Shown here piece after piece: positions 8,691-17,703 of a DNA stretch of 64,000 nucleotides (the first letter of the stretch is position 1; each line of letters begins with the position of its first letter). The stretch spans positions 1-64,000 of the forward strand of contig JAWCKR010000004.1 in assembly GCA_038851755.1 (NCBI GenBank). Direction: 5' to 3'. A program made the position numbers and the translations under genes. The DNA is from Candidatus Hadarchaeales archaeon. GTDB lineage: Archaea; Hadarchaeota; Hadarchaeia; Hadarchaeales; WYZ-LMO6. Below the pieces are notes generated by a model. The model was not told the origin of the DNA and ran no database searches. It worked only from the letters and a program-made list of their open reading frames with translations.

Positions 8691-9980
8691 ATGGCCCCCG
8701 CGTGGAGGGAAGTGGCCCTGCTCGGCCCTGAGGGAACGCACACGGAGAGGGCCCTGGAGGCCCTGGAGGACCTGCTGCCCAGGAGAGCCCGCAGGAGGTA
8801 TCTCTCCCCCGTGGCCGAGGTCTTCGAGTACGTCTCCACCCATCCGGAGGCGCTTGGGGTGGTGCCCGTGGAGGACTCGGTGGAGGGGGAGGTACCCTTC
8901 GTGCTGGACCTCCTCCGCAGGTACCACGGGCTCAGGGTGGTGAGGGAGATCAGGATGCCGGTGGTCCACCATTTGCTGGCCAGACAGGAGGACCTGAGGA
9001 GGGTGAAGGTGGTGGCCTCCCACCACCAGGCCCTTTCCCACTGCAGGAGGTACCTGAGGGAGAACCTCCCGCACGCGGAGCTCAGGGAGATGCCGAGCAC
9101 TGCCGCCGCCGCTGAGCTTGCGGCTTCGGACCCCTCCGTGGCGGCCGTGGCGGGGGAGAGGGCGGCCAGGATCTACGGGCTGAAGGTGGTGAGGAGGAAC
9201 ATCCATGACCAGGGCCTGAGCTTCACCAGGTTCTTCGTCCTCAGCCAGAGGCCCCTCCCGGGCATCAAGCCCGTGAAGACCTCCGTGCTGCTGGAGCTGG
9301 CGGAGGACAGGCCCGGCATCCTGCAGGAGATCCTGGGGGAGTTCTCCTCCAGGGGGATCAACCTCACCAGGATAGAGTCGCGGCCGGACAGGGGTGTGCT
9401 GGGGGAGTACGTGTTCTTCGTGGACTTCCAGGGGAGGGCGGGGGAGAGGAGGGTGGAGGAGGCGCTGAAGGCGATAGAGGGGAAGAGGGTGCACGTGAGG
9501 TTGCTGGGCTCCTACGACATGAGGGAGGTGGAGGGTGAGAGGGTGAGCAGACCCCCCCTGCTGGAAAGGGGGGAGGGGGAGCTGGCCGAGTCCAGGCTGG
9601 CGGAGGAGAAGGCTTTCATAAGGGGGGAGGAGAGGAGGGTGATGGCCGGGAACCAGATCAGGCAGGGGGAGCTGGTGAGGGTGAGGACGCCCTCGGGGGA
9701 GAGGCTGGCCCTGGTGGTCTCCTCCGACAGGTACAACAGGCTGGGGAAAGAGGTGGTGGTGGTCCCGGTGGTGGAGGGGAAGGGAGGAGGTGAGCTGGAC
9801 CACGAGCTCTCCGGGAAGGATTTGAAGTTCGCGGGGCTCAAGGGACCCAGAACGGTGAGGATGGGCGTTCTCCTCACGGTGGAGAAGGGGAAGGTGGAGA
9901 GGGAGGGCAAGCTTCCCTCCACCACGGTGAGGGAGATCCTCTCGGGTCTGCAGGCCAGGGTCCTCTCCTCCGACCTGTGA
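8691..9980 (+). CDS. pheA: Prephenate dehydratase (PDT+ACT) fused to a C-terminal MazF/PemK-like domain
   Basis: LGPEGTHTE, PVEDSVEG, SHHQALSHC, TRF, NLTRIESRP, LLGSY; then about 150 extra aa including IRQGELVRV..RLALVVSSDRYN..VVVVP. Confidence 0.88.
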   Translation: MAPAWREVALLGPEGTHTERALEALEDLLPRRARRRYLSPVAEVFEYVSTHPEALGVVPVEDSVEGEVPFVLDLLRRYHGLRVVREIRMPVVHHLLARQEDLRRVKVVASHHQALSHCRRYLRENLPHAELREMPSTAAAAELAASDPSVAAVAGERAARIYGLKVVRRNIHDQGLSFTRFFVLSQRPLPGIKPVKTSVLLELAEDRPGILQEILGEFSSRGINLTRIESRPDRGVLGEYVFFVDFQGRAGERRVEEALKAIEGKRVHVRLLGSYDMREVEGERVSRPPLLERGEGELAESRLAEEKAFIRGEERRVMAGNQIRQGELVRVRTPSGERLALVVSSDRYNRLGKEVVVVPVVEGKGGGELDHELSGKDLKFAGLKGPRTVRMGVLLTVEKGKVEREGKLPSTTVREILSGLQARVLSSDL

Positions 9981-10011
9981 GGAATAAAGGCACTCCCTTC
10001 CATTCTCTCTG

Positions 10012-10797
10012 ATGTCCGAGCTGGAGGTGGCCGTCTCCCTCGCCCTGGAGGCGGGGGAGGTCCTGAGGGAGGGCTTCAGGAAGGGCGGGTTCCTGGGGAT
10101 GCGCGGGACGGCGAAGGGCCTGACCACCCCCTACGACCTGAAGTCGGACAAGCTGCTGGTGGAGGGGCTCTCCTCCAGGTACCCCGGGCACAACCTGCTG
10201 ACGGAGGAAACGGGCCTGGTGGAAAGGGGGTCGGAGTTCACCTGGGTGGTGGACCCGCTGGACGGTACCACCAACTTCGCCTCCGGCAACCCCCTCTTCT
10301 GCGTCACCCTGGCCCTCCTCAGGAGGGGGGAGCCGCTCCTGGGGGTGACCTTCCTCCCCGTGCTCGGGGAGCTCTTCCTGGCGGAGAGGGGGAAGGGTGC
10401 CTTCCTGGAGAGGACGGACACCGGGGAGAGGGTCCCCATCCGCGTCTCCGAGGTGGAGGAGCTGAGCAGGGCCTACATGTATTCATGCGAGGGGAGCGAG
10501 ACGAACAGGGAGAGGACGGGCAGGATCGTGGGCACCCTCTACCCGAGGGTGAGGGACCTCAGGAAGCTGGGCTCGGCCGGGGTGGAAGCGGCCTGGGTGG
10601 CCTGCGGGAGGGGGGACGCCTACGCCGCCACCGCCCTCCAGCCCTGGGACGTGGCGGCCTCCGTCCTCCTGGTGGAGGAGGCGGGAGGGAGGGTGACGGA
10701 CTTCGGGGGGAGGGAGTGGAGGCCGGAGAGGATGGACCTGCTCTTCTCCAACGGAAGGCTGCACGGGAAGCTCGTGGGGCTGCTGGCGGGCCTCTGA
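10012..10797 (+). CDS. Inositol monophosphatase family protein
   Basis: TEE, WVVDPLDGTTNF, PWDVAA. Confidence 0.92.
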   Translation: MSELEVAVSLALEAGEVLREGFRKGGFLGMRGTAKGLTTPYDLKSDKLLVEGLSSRYPGHNLLTEETGLVERGSEFTWVVDPLDGTTNFASGNPLFCVTLALLRRGEPLLGVTFLPVLGELFLAERGKGAFLERTDTGERVPIRVSEVEELSRAYMYSCEGSETNRERTGRIVGTLYPRVRDLRKLGSAGVEAAWVACGRGDAYAATALQPWDVAASVLLVEEAGGRVTDFGGREWRPERMDLLFSNGRLHGKLVGLLAGL

Positions 10798-10833
10798 GGT
10801 TAGGCTAAAAGGGAGGAGGAAAAAGGGGGAAGG

Positions 10834-11511
10834 ATGAGGCCGCAGCACCTGGGTCTGATACCCGACGGGAACAGGAGGTGGGCGAGGGAGCATGGGCTGG
10901 AGGTCTGGCAGGGACACGAGAGAGGGGTGAGGGTGCTGGAGGATTTCCTTCACTGGTGCCTGGAGGAGGACATCCCCGAGGTCACCGTTTACACCCTTTC
11001 CCTGGAGAACCTGGAGAGGAGGCCCGCCGAGGAGCTCCGCCACCTCTACAGGCTGATGAACTCCTGCCTGCGCAAGCTGGAGGGGGACCGCACCCTCCAC
11101 GAGAAGGAGGTGAGGGTGAGGGTGGTGGGGAGGCTGAACAGACTGCCCGACTTCCTCCTCTCGGGGGTGAGGAAGATCGTGGAGGCCACCCGCCCCTACA
11201 GCCGCAGGTACGTGAACTTCCTGATAGCCTACAGCGCCCAGGACGAGCTCTTCTCCGCCCTCAGGCGCCTCCTCTCCAGCAGGCCGGCCAGGCTTACCAG
11301 GGAGATGCTGGAGAGGCACCTGTGGGTGAAGAGGCCCGTGGACCTGGTGATCAGGACGGGCAGGGAGCGCAGGCTCTCCAACTTCCTCCTCTACCAGGCG
11401 GCCTACGCCGAACTCTTCTTCGTGGACAAGTACTGGCCCGACTTCACCAGGGAGGACCTGGAGAGGTGCCTGGAGGAGTTCGAGGAAAGGCAGCGCAGGA
11501 TGGGGAGCTAA
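10834..11511 (+). CDS. uppS: cis-isoprenyl diphosphate synthase
   Basis: HLGLIPDGNRRWA, SLENL, DLVIRTG, RLSNFL.YQ.AYAEL. Confidence 0.93.
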   Translation: MRPQHLGLIPDGNRRWAREHGLEVWQGHERGVRVLEDFLHWCLEEDIPEVTVYTLSLENLERRPAEELRHLYRLMNSCLRKLEGDRTLHEKEVRVRVVGRLNRLPDFLLSGVRKIVEATRPYSRRYVNFLIAYSAQDELFSALRRLLSSRPARLTREMLERHLWVKRPVDLVIRTGRERRLSNFLLYQAAYAELFFVDKYWPDFTREDLERCLEEFEERQRRMGS

Positions 11512-14465
11512 CCCCTCCTCCTGAGCAGGAGCCTGAAGGTCTCCCCCTCCACCTCCCAGTCCCTCATGTGGCCCTCCCCCCCCACCTCCTCCTTCCTGCA
11601 GATCCTCAGCCCTTCGATCCTGACCTCCCTCCTCAGGTACTCCAGGTGGGGCTCCAGCGCCTTCTCGTCCTCCTCCCCCATCCCCAGCTCCGCCTCCACC
11701 CTCTCCTCCATCCCCAGTCCCATTTCCTTCCTCATCACCTGCAGGCGCCTGACCAGCTCCCTCGCCAGGGCCTCCCCCCTCAGCTCCGGTGAGAGGGTCC
11801 TGCTCACCGCCACCTTCCTCCCCTCCGCCTCCACCGTCGAGTACTCCCCGGGGGGCACCTCCTCCCCCGGCCCCAGGAGGAGGAGCCTCTTGCAGTTGAA
11901 CCTCTCCTTCAGGAAGTCCTCCACCCCCCTGAGGAGTTCCGCCTCCTCCCCCGGCAGCTTCAGCACCACCTCCTCCACCGGCCACCTGAGCTTCAGCCCG
12001 GCCCTCTGCCTGGCCTCCGCCACCTCTTCGGTGAGGGCCCTCGCCAGCTCCATGGTCCTCTCCAGCTTTGGGTCCTTGAGCCTCTCCTCCGGCAGGGGCC
12101 AGTCGAGGAGGTGCACGCTCTCGGGGAGGGAGGGGTCCTCCCTCAGGTCGGCGTACATGACCTCGCAGAGGTGGGGGGCGAAGGGGGCCAGGAGCCTGAT
12201 GAGGCGCTCCAGGGTGTAGTACAGGACCCCGTAGGCGGCGAGCTTGGAGGGGTGCTCCTTCTCCACCCAGGTGCGGGGACGGATGGCCCTCACGTACCAC
12301 CGGCTCAGGTCCTCCAGGATGAAGGAGAGGAGGGCCCTGGTCGCCCTGTGGACCTCACAACCCTCCAGCCCCCCCGTCACCTCCTCCACCAGGCCCTGGA
12401 CCCTGGAGAGCATCCAGCGGTCCTCTGGGAGGAGGTGGGGGAGGAGCCCCTCCAGAGGGTGGCGGCGGGGGTCGAAAGAGTCCAGGGACATGTAGGTGGT
12501 GGCGAACACGTGCACGTTCCAGAGGACGTTGACCGTCCGCCCCACCTGCCTTAGCTCCGTCAGGTTGAACTTCAGGTCCTCCCACGGGGGATTGGCCGAG
12601 AGGATGTAGAGCCTGAGCACATCCGCCCCGTGCTCCTTCGCCACCTCCACGGGATCGATCACGTTGCCCAGCGACTTCGACATCTTCCTGCCCTGGGCGT
12701 CCAGGGCGAAGCCGTGGGTGAGCACTCTCCTGTACGGGACCTTCCCGAAGGCCAGGACGGAGGAGACCTGCTGGGCGTAGAACCACTTGGTCACCTGGTC
12801 TTCTCCCTCCGTGATGAAGGCGCTGGGCCACAGGCGCTCGAAGGCCTCCTTCCGCTGCGGGAAGCCCAGGCTGGCCCAGGAGGCGATGCTGGAGTCGAAC
12901 CAGACGTCCAGCACGTCGGGTACCCTCCTCATCTCCCCTCCGCATTCCGGGCATCTCCCGCGCAACCTGTCCAGGTCGGAGCGGTGCAGGTCCAGCTCCC
13001 CCTTCTCCCCCGTGAGGGCCCTCAGCTCCCCCGCGCTTCCCACCAGGACGGAGTGCCCGCAGGAACCGCATACCCAGAGGGGCAGGGGGATCCCCCAGTA
13101 CCTCTGCCTGGAGAGGCACCAGTCCCCCACCGAGAGCACCCCGTTCACATATCTCTCCCTCACCCACGCGGGGACCCACTCCACCTCCCGGTTCTTCTCC
13201 AGGAGGAGGGGCTTGACCTCCGAGACCCTGAGGAACCACTGCTCGGTGGCCCTGAAGATCAAGGGGGTCTTGCACCTCCAGCAGTGGGGATAGGAGTGCA
13301 CCACCGTCCCTCCCTTCACGAGCAGTCCCTTCCTCCTCAGGTCCTCCAGCACCACGGGGTCGGCCTCCTTCACGAAGAGCCCCGCGTACTTCCCAGCCTC
13401 CTCCGTGAACCTCCCCTCGGGACCCACGGGGCTGAAAACGGGAAGCCCGTACTTCCCCCCCACCAGGAAGTCCTCCTCTCCGAAGCCGGGAGCGGTGTGC
13501 ACGCAGCCCGTACCCTCCTCCAGCACCACGTGCTCCCCGCAGATCACCCTGTGGTGCTCCACGAACTCCCTCTGCCTGGGCACCTCCTCCAGCAGGGGGT
13601 GCTCGTAGCGCAGTCCCTCCAGTTTCTTCCCCTCCACCCTCTCCAGCACCATGTACTCCGCCCAGCCCAGCTCCCTGGCCACCCTGGACAGCGCCCCCTC
13701 GGCCAGCACGTAGACCTCCCCACCCACCTCCACCCTGACGTACGTGAACTCTGGGTGGACGCAAACGGCCAGGTTGGCGGGGAGGGTCCAGGGGGTGGTG
13801 GTCCAGATCAGCAGGTATTCCCCCTCCCTCAGCCTGAAGCGGGCATAGAGGGAGGGATCCTTCACCTCGTAGTACTCACCCCTCACCTCGTGCTCAGCCA
13901 GGGCGGTCTCGCACCTGGGGCACCAGTGGATTACCCTCAGGTCCTTCCGGAGCAGGCCTTTCTCGTGGGCCCTCTTCAGGGTCCACCAGGCCGACTCGAT
14001 GTACTCGTTCGTCAGGGTGAGGTAGGGTTCCTCCCAGTCCATCCACACTCCCAGGCTCCTGAACTGGTCGGTCATCAGCCTCACGTGCTCCAGGGCCCAG
14101 CGCTTGCACTCCTCGATGAACCTCTCCACCCCTACCTCCCTCTCTATGTCCTTCTTGGAGCGGATCCCCAGCTTCTCCTCCACCATCACCTCTATGGGCA
14201 GACCGTGGCAGTCCCAGCCTGGCTGCCTCCTCACGTCGAACCCGCGCATGGTCCAGTACCTGAGGAGGACATCCTTCAGGATCTTGTTCCAGGCTGTCCC
14301 CAGGTGGATGGAGCCGCTGGCGTAGGGGGGGCCGTCCAGGAAGTACCAGGGCTTTCCCCCCTTTCCCTTCTCCTTCACTTTTTCGTAGATTCCCCTCTCC
14401 TCCCACCATCTCTGCACCCTTTTCTCGGCCTCGGGTGGGCGGTAGGTTCTGGAAGCAGGCTTCAT
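11508..14465 (-). CDS. ileS: Isoleucyl-tRNA synthetase
   Basis: DGPPYA..HLG, GWDCHGLP, WTTTPWTLP, SRQRYWG, KMSKS. Confidence 0.97.
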   Translation of the reverse strand: MKPASRTYRPPEAEKRVQRWWEERGIYEKVKEKGKGGKPWYFLDGPPYASGSIHLGTAWNKILKDVLLRYWTMRGFDVRRQPGWDCHGLPIEVMVEEKLGIRSKKDIEREVGVERFIEECKRWALEHVRLMTDQFRSLGVWMDWEEPYLTLTNEYIESAWWTLKRAHEKGLLRKDLRVIHWCPRCETALAEHEVRGEYYEVKDPSLYARFRLREGEYLLIWTTTPWTLPANLAVCVHPEFTYVRVEVGGEVYVLAEGALSRVARELGWAEYMVLERVEGKKLEGLRYEHPLLEEVPRQREFVEHHRVICGEHVVLEEGTGCVHTAPGFGEEDFLVGGKYGLPVFSPVGPEGRFTEEAGKYAGLFVKEADPVVLEDLRRKGLLVKGGTVVHSYPHCWRCKTPLIFRATEQWFLRVSEVKPLLLEKNREVEWVPAWVRERYVNGVLSVGDWCLSRQRYWGIPLPLWVCGSCGHSVLVGSAGELRALTGEKGELDLHRSDLDRLRGRCPECGGEMRRVPDVLDVWFDSSIASWASLGFPQRKEAFERLWPSAFITEGEDQVTKWFYAQQVSSVLAFGKVPYRRVLTHGFALDAQGRKMSKSLGNVIDPVEVAKEHGADVLRLYILSANPPWEDLKFNLTELRQVGRTVNVLWNVHVFATTYMSLDSFDPRRHPLEGLLPHLLPEDRWMLSRVQGLVEEVTGGLEGCEVHRATRALLSFILEDLSRWYVRAIRPRTWVEKEHPSKLAAYGVLYYTLERLIRLLAPFAPHLCEVMYADLREDPSLPESVHLLDWPLPEERLKDPKLERTMELARALTEEVAEARQRAGLKLRWPVEEVVLKLPGEEAELLRGVEDFLKERFNCKRLLLLGPGEEVPPGEYSTVEAEGRKVAVSRTLSPELRGEALARELVRRLQVMRKEMGLGMEERVEAELGMGEEDEKALEPHLEYLRREVRIEGLRICRKEEVGGEGHMRDWEVEGETFRLLLRRRG

Positions 14466-14489
14466 AGTCTTAGATACTTCGCCGTGGGA

Positions 14490-14939
14490 TTAAAACGGGT
14501 GCGCCTTGCCCTTTCTGCTGGGGATCCTCTCCCCCTTTCCCACCACCAGCCTCCAGGACCTGGCCACCACCCTCACCCCCACCACGATGAGGGCGATGCC
14601 GATCAGGGTGAGCGTCACCGCGTAGGCTATTCCCCGGGGGTCCTCGGCCGCCGCCAGCCCGCTCCCCACCAGGCAGAGGAGACCCGAGACGAAGAGAACG
14701 GCCGTGGCCGTGGCCCCGGGCCAGGGGTGGCTCAGACCCACCAGCACCAGCAGGCACCCGGTCGCCAGGAGCCCCACGCTCACCACCAGCCTGGGACCCA
14801 GCTCCTTCGCCAGGTCCACCCCCTGGTTGATCAACAGTACTCCCGTGAGGCAGAGCACCCCTCCCAGCAGGAGCATGGCCAGGTTCCTGTATCCCTCCCA
14901 GCCCGCCTCCGGGGGAGCGTAGCCCAGGCCCTGCGACAA
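14490..14939 (-). CDS. Hypothetical membrane protein (about 4 TM)
   Basis: Hydrophobic segments; fills the gap between ileS and rfc; start uncertain. Confidence 0.55.
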   Translation of the reverse strand: MSQGLGYAPPEAGWEGYRNLAMLLLGGVLCLTGVLLINQGVDLAKELGPRLVVSVGLLATGCLLVLVGLSHPWPGATATAVLFVSGLLCLVGSGLAAAEDPRGIAYAVTLTLIGIALIVVGVRVVARSWRLVVGKGERIPSRKGKAHPF

Positions 14940-14998
14940 GCTCTCAAGCCTTCTTATCGTTTAACCTATTTATTCGCCCTGCCTAGGAAAAAGATAGC

Positions 14999-17281
14999 GT
15001 GGAGGAAACGGAAATCTGGACGGAGAAGTACCGCCCCAAGAAGCTCGAGGATATGGTGGGGCAGGCCGAGATCGTGGCCAGGCTCAAGAACTTCGTGAAG
15101 ACGAAGGCTTTGCCACATACCCTTTTCTCAGGGCCCCCCGGCACCGGCAAAACGACCGCCGCGCTCTGCCTGGCCAGGGAGCTCTTCGGGGAGGAATACT
15201 GGAGGCAGAACCTGCTCGAGCTCAACGCGAGCGTCGCACCTGAGACTCCCATCTTGGTTCGCATGCATGGGAGAATCAGGCGGACGAGTTTTAAGGAACT
15301 TGACAGGTTCTTTTTCCGGTTTCCGAACCAAAAATATGCGGATGCGCGAGGCCTCGAAATTCTTTCCCTGGATGAAAATTACAGGCCGTGCTTTAGGCCG
15401 GTGAGCCTGATCTCTAGGCATTGGGTGGATCAAATCGCGACGATAAGGTATGAAGGAGGAAAGATAAGGACGAGTCTGGACCACTCCGTGATGGTGATAA
15501 GCGGTGAAGGAAGGCTCGTTTCAAAGGCCGTGGCCGAGATAGGGCCCGGTGATTGTCTCATAACTTTCAGGGATGAAATTCCAGGAAGACCCGTCTGTGT
15601 GGACTTTGAGGCTCACAAACCGACGGAGTTCGTCCACCTGAGGAGCGGGGTCGTGAAAAACCCTAAGGTTAAGCGGATTCTTGAAAACAGGCGGCTGGAT
15701 GAGGGGCTAGCTTGGCTCTTCGGAATGTACCTCGCAGAGGGGTGCGTTTCCTTCCCTAGAGCAAACACAAGCGGAGTCACCATCTTTACGCTGGGGGCAC
15801 ACGAGACGGAGGAGCTGGGGGAACTCCAAAACATCGTAAGCGAGGAGCTGGATCTTCCGTATCGGCTTTCACTCGCCCCCTCAGGTTTCGATCGCGATAG
15901 GTTTTCCGCTTTCCACCTGAAGATTTTCAACACTCAACTGGCGAAGTTCCTGCAGCAGCACTTCTATGACGGGACCGGAGAAAGAAGTGCGAGAGAGAAG
16001 AGGATTCCGGGTTTCATGTATGAGGCACCCATAGGGGAAAGACTCAACTTTTTGAAGGGTTATATGGGAGATGCCGCGGGAAGGTGGGGAGTTCTTGTCA
16101 GGTATTCCTCGAGGTCCCAAGAAGGTTTAAAGGACGTAGCTTGGCTTGGCAGGATTTCCGGTCTCGATACTTCGGTTTATGAAAGGGAAACGAGGGTGAT
16201 TTGGAAGCTTCCTTCTTATTCCTATGTAAAAACGGATCTTCTCCCAGCCGAGCCCTTTATCAGGGCTTTCGAGAAGCTGAATGTCCCGTCCTTTAGATAT
16301 TTCATGAGGCACTCTCTCTATTACAGGAAAAGCAAACGAATCTCGAAAGAGGTGCTCAAGAACTTCTTCGAGGAGCATGGAATGAACGGGGGGAGGAGGC
16401 TTCAACTCCTGAGGAAGCTCCTCTACTCTCCCCTCTCCTCGGTTCTCGTGAGGAGCGTGGAAATCTCCCGATACGAGGGCTATGTTTACGACGTCTCCGT
16501 TCCCGGAACTCAGGTGTTCTGGGGGGGAACCACACCCGTTCTCCTACACAACAGCGATGAGAGGGGGATAGACACCATAAGGGAGAGGGTGAAGGACTAC
16601 GCCCGCACTATGCCGATAGGGGAGGTCCCGTACAAGATCGTGTTGCTGGACGAGGCCGATGCCCTCACCCCCGAAGCCCAGCAGGCCCTCAGAAGGACGA
16701 TGGAGATGTACTCCAGGAACTGCAGGTTCATCCTCGACTGCAACTACTCCAGCAGGATCATCGAGCCCATCCAGTCCAGGTGCGCTCTCTTCCGCTTCCG
16801 CAGGCTGACGGACGAGGAGGTGGAGGGGATGCTGAAAAAGATAGCGAGGGAGGAGGGTCTAACGCTGGATCCGAAGGCGGCGGAGGCCATCATCCGTGTG
16901 AGCGAGGGTGACCTCAGGAGGGCCATCAACCTCCTGCAGGCCGCCGCCGCGGTGAAGAAGCACGTGACGGAGAAGGCGGTCTACGAGGTGGCGGCAGCGG
17001 CCCACCCTGAGGAGGTGAGGGAGATGGTGGAGCTCGCCTTGAAGGGGGACTTCGAAGGGGCCAGGAAGAAGCTCTACGAGCTGCTCATCGACCGCGGTCT
17101 CTCCGGTGAGGACGTGCTTAACCAGGTGCACAGGGAAATCCTGAACCTGAAGATTCCGGAGAGAAAGAAGCTGGAGCTGGTGGAGAGGGTGGGGGAGTTC
17201 TCCTTCAGGATCACGGAAGGTGCGAACGAGAGGATCCAGCTGGAGGCCATGCTGGCCCAGTTCGCCCTGGTGGGTTCCTAG
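14999..17281 (+). CDS. rfcS: Replication factor C small subunit, intein-containing
   Basis: WTEKYRP, GPPGTGKT, LELNA|SDERGID, LDEAD, SRC. Confidence 0.96.
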   Translation: MEETEIWTEKYRPKKLEDMVGQAEIVARLKNFVKTKALPHTLFSGPPGTGKTTAALCLARELFGEEYWRQNLLELNASVAPETPILVRMHGRIRRTSFKELDRFFFRFPNQKYADARGLEILSLDENYRPCFRPVSLISRHWVDQIATIRYEGGKIRTSLDHSVMVISGEGRLVSKAVAEIGPGDCLITFRDEIPGRPVCVDFEAHKPTEFVHLRSGVVKNPKVKRILENRRLDEGLAWLFGMYLAEGCVSFPRANTSGVTIFTLGAHETEELGELQNIVSEELDLPYRLSLAPSGFDRDRFSAFHLKIFNTQLAKFLQQHFYDGTGERSAREKRIPGFMYEAPIGERLNFLKGYMGDAAGRWGVLVRYSSRSQEGLKDVAWLGRISGLDTSVYERETRVIWKLPSYSYVKTDLLPAEPFIRAFEKLNVPSFRYFMRHSLYYRKSKRISKEVLKNFFEEHGMNGGRRLQLLRKLLYSPLSSVLVRSVEISRYEGYVYDVSVPGTQVFWGGTTPVLLHNSDERGIDTIRERVKDYARTMPIGEVPYKIVLLDEADALTPEAQQALRRTMEMYSRNCRFILDCNYSSRIIEPIQSRCALFRFRRLTDEEVEGMLKKIAREEGLTLDPKAAEAIIRVSEGDLRRAINLLQAAAAVKKHVTEKAVYEVAAAAHPEEVREMVELALKGDFEGARKKLYELLIDRGLSGEDVLNQVHREILNLKIPERKKLELVERVGEFSFRITEGANERIQLEAMLAQFALVGS
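15230..16552 (+). mobile_element. Intein (441 aa) with LAGLIDADG homing endonuclease domain
   Basis: Interrupts LELNA/SDERG; begins SVAPETPILV, has TSLDHS (block B), GMYLAEG, VYDVSV, and ends LLHN followed by Ser; visibly more AT-rich than the exteins. Confidence 0.95.
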
Positions 17282-17703
17282 AGTTCCTTCTGGAGTTCCA
17301 CCCACTCCCCCTTCTTCCCCGTCTCCCTGAGACCCATCTTGCGCATGAGGGAGAGGGAGGGCTGGTTGGTCTCCAGCACCCTGGCCCTCACCCTGGGGAA
17401 GCGGTCGGAGCGGAACCTCTTCAGCTCCTCCTCCATCAGGAGCTCGCCCACCTTCTTCCTCCGGTGGTCGGGATGCACGCAGATCTGGTAGATCCAGGCC
17501 TCACCGCTCAGGCTGGGGAGGCCCACCACGAAGCCGGCCATCCCGGCGGGGCCCAGGGCGACTAGGAAGTACCTGGGGAAGCAGATGGCCAGGTATTCGT
17601 AGGTACCCTTCACGGAGGCCCTGAGGGGCTGGCAGAGCCTGGCCAGGGCCTCCACCTGTCCGGCATCGTCTTCGCTGGCTTCCCTCAGCTGGTACTCAAC
17701 CAA
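17278..17703 (-). CDS. GNAT-family N-acetyltransferase
   Basis: ICVHPDHRRKKVGELL, N..SL.L.RKMG; TTG start overlaps the comDE stop. Confidence 0.8.
   Translation of the reverse strand: MVEYQLREASEDDAGQVEALARLCQPLRASVKGTYEYLAICFPRYFLVALGPAGMAGFVVGLPSLSGEAWIYQICVHPDHRRKKVGELLMEEELKRFRSDRFPRVRARVLETNQPSLSLMRKMGLRETGKKGEWVELQKEL

Noticed and set aside
7464-10127. 887-aa minus-strand ORF that looks like a large fusion
   Set aside because: Only 7464-8234 is real; the rest is antisense to the YkgJ gene and pheA.
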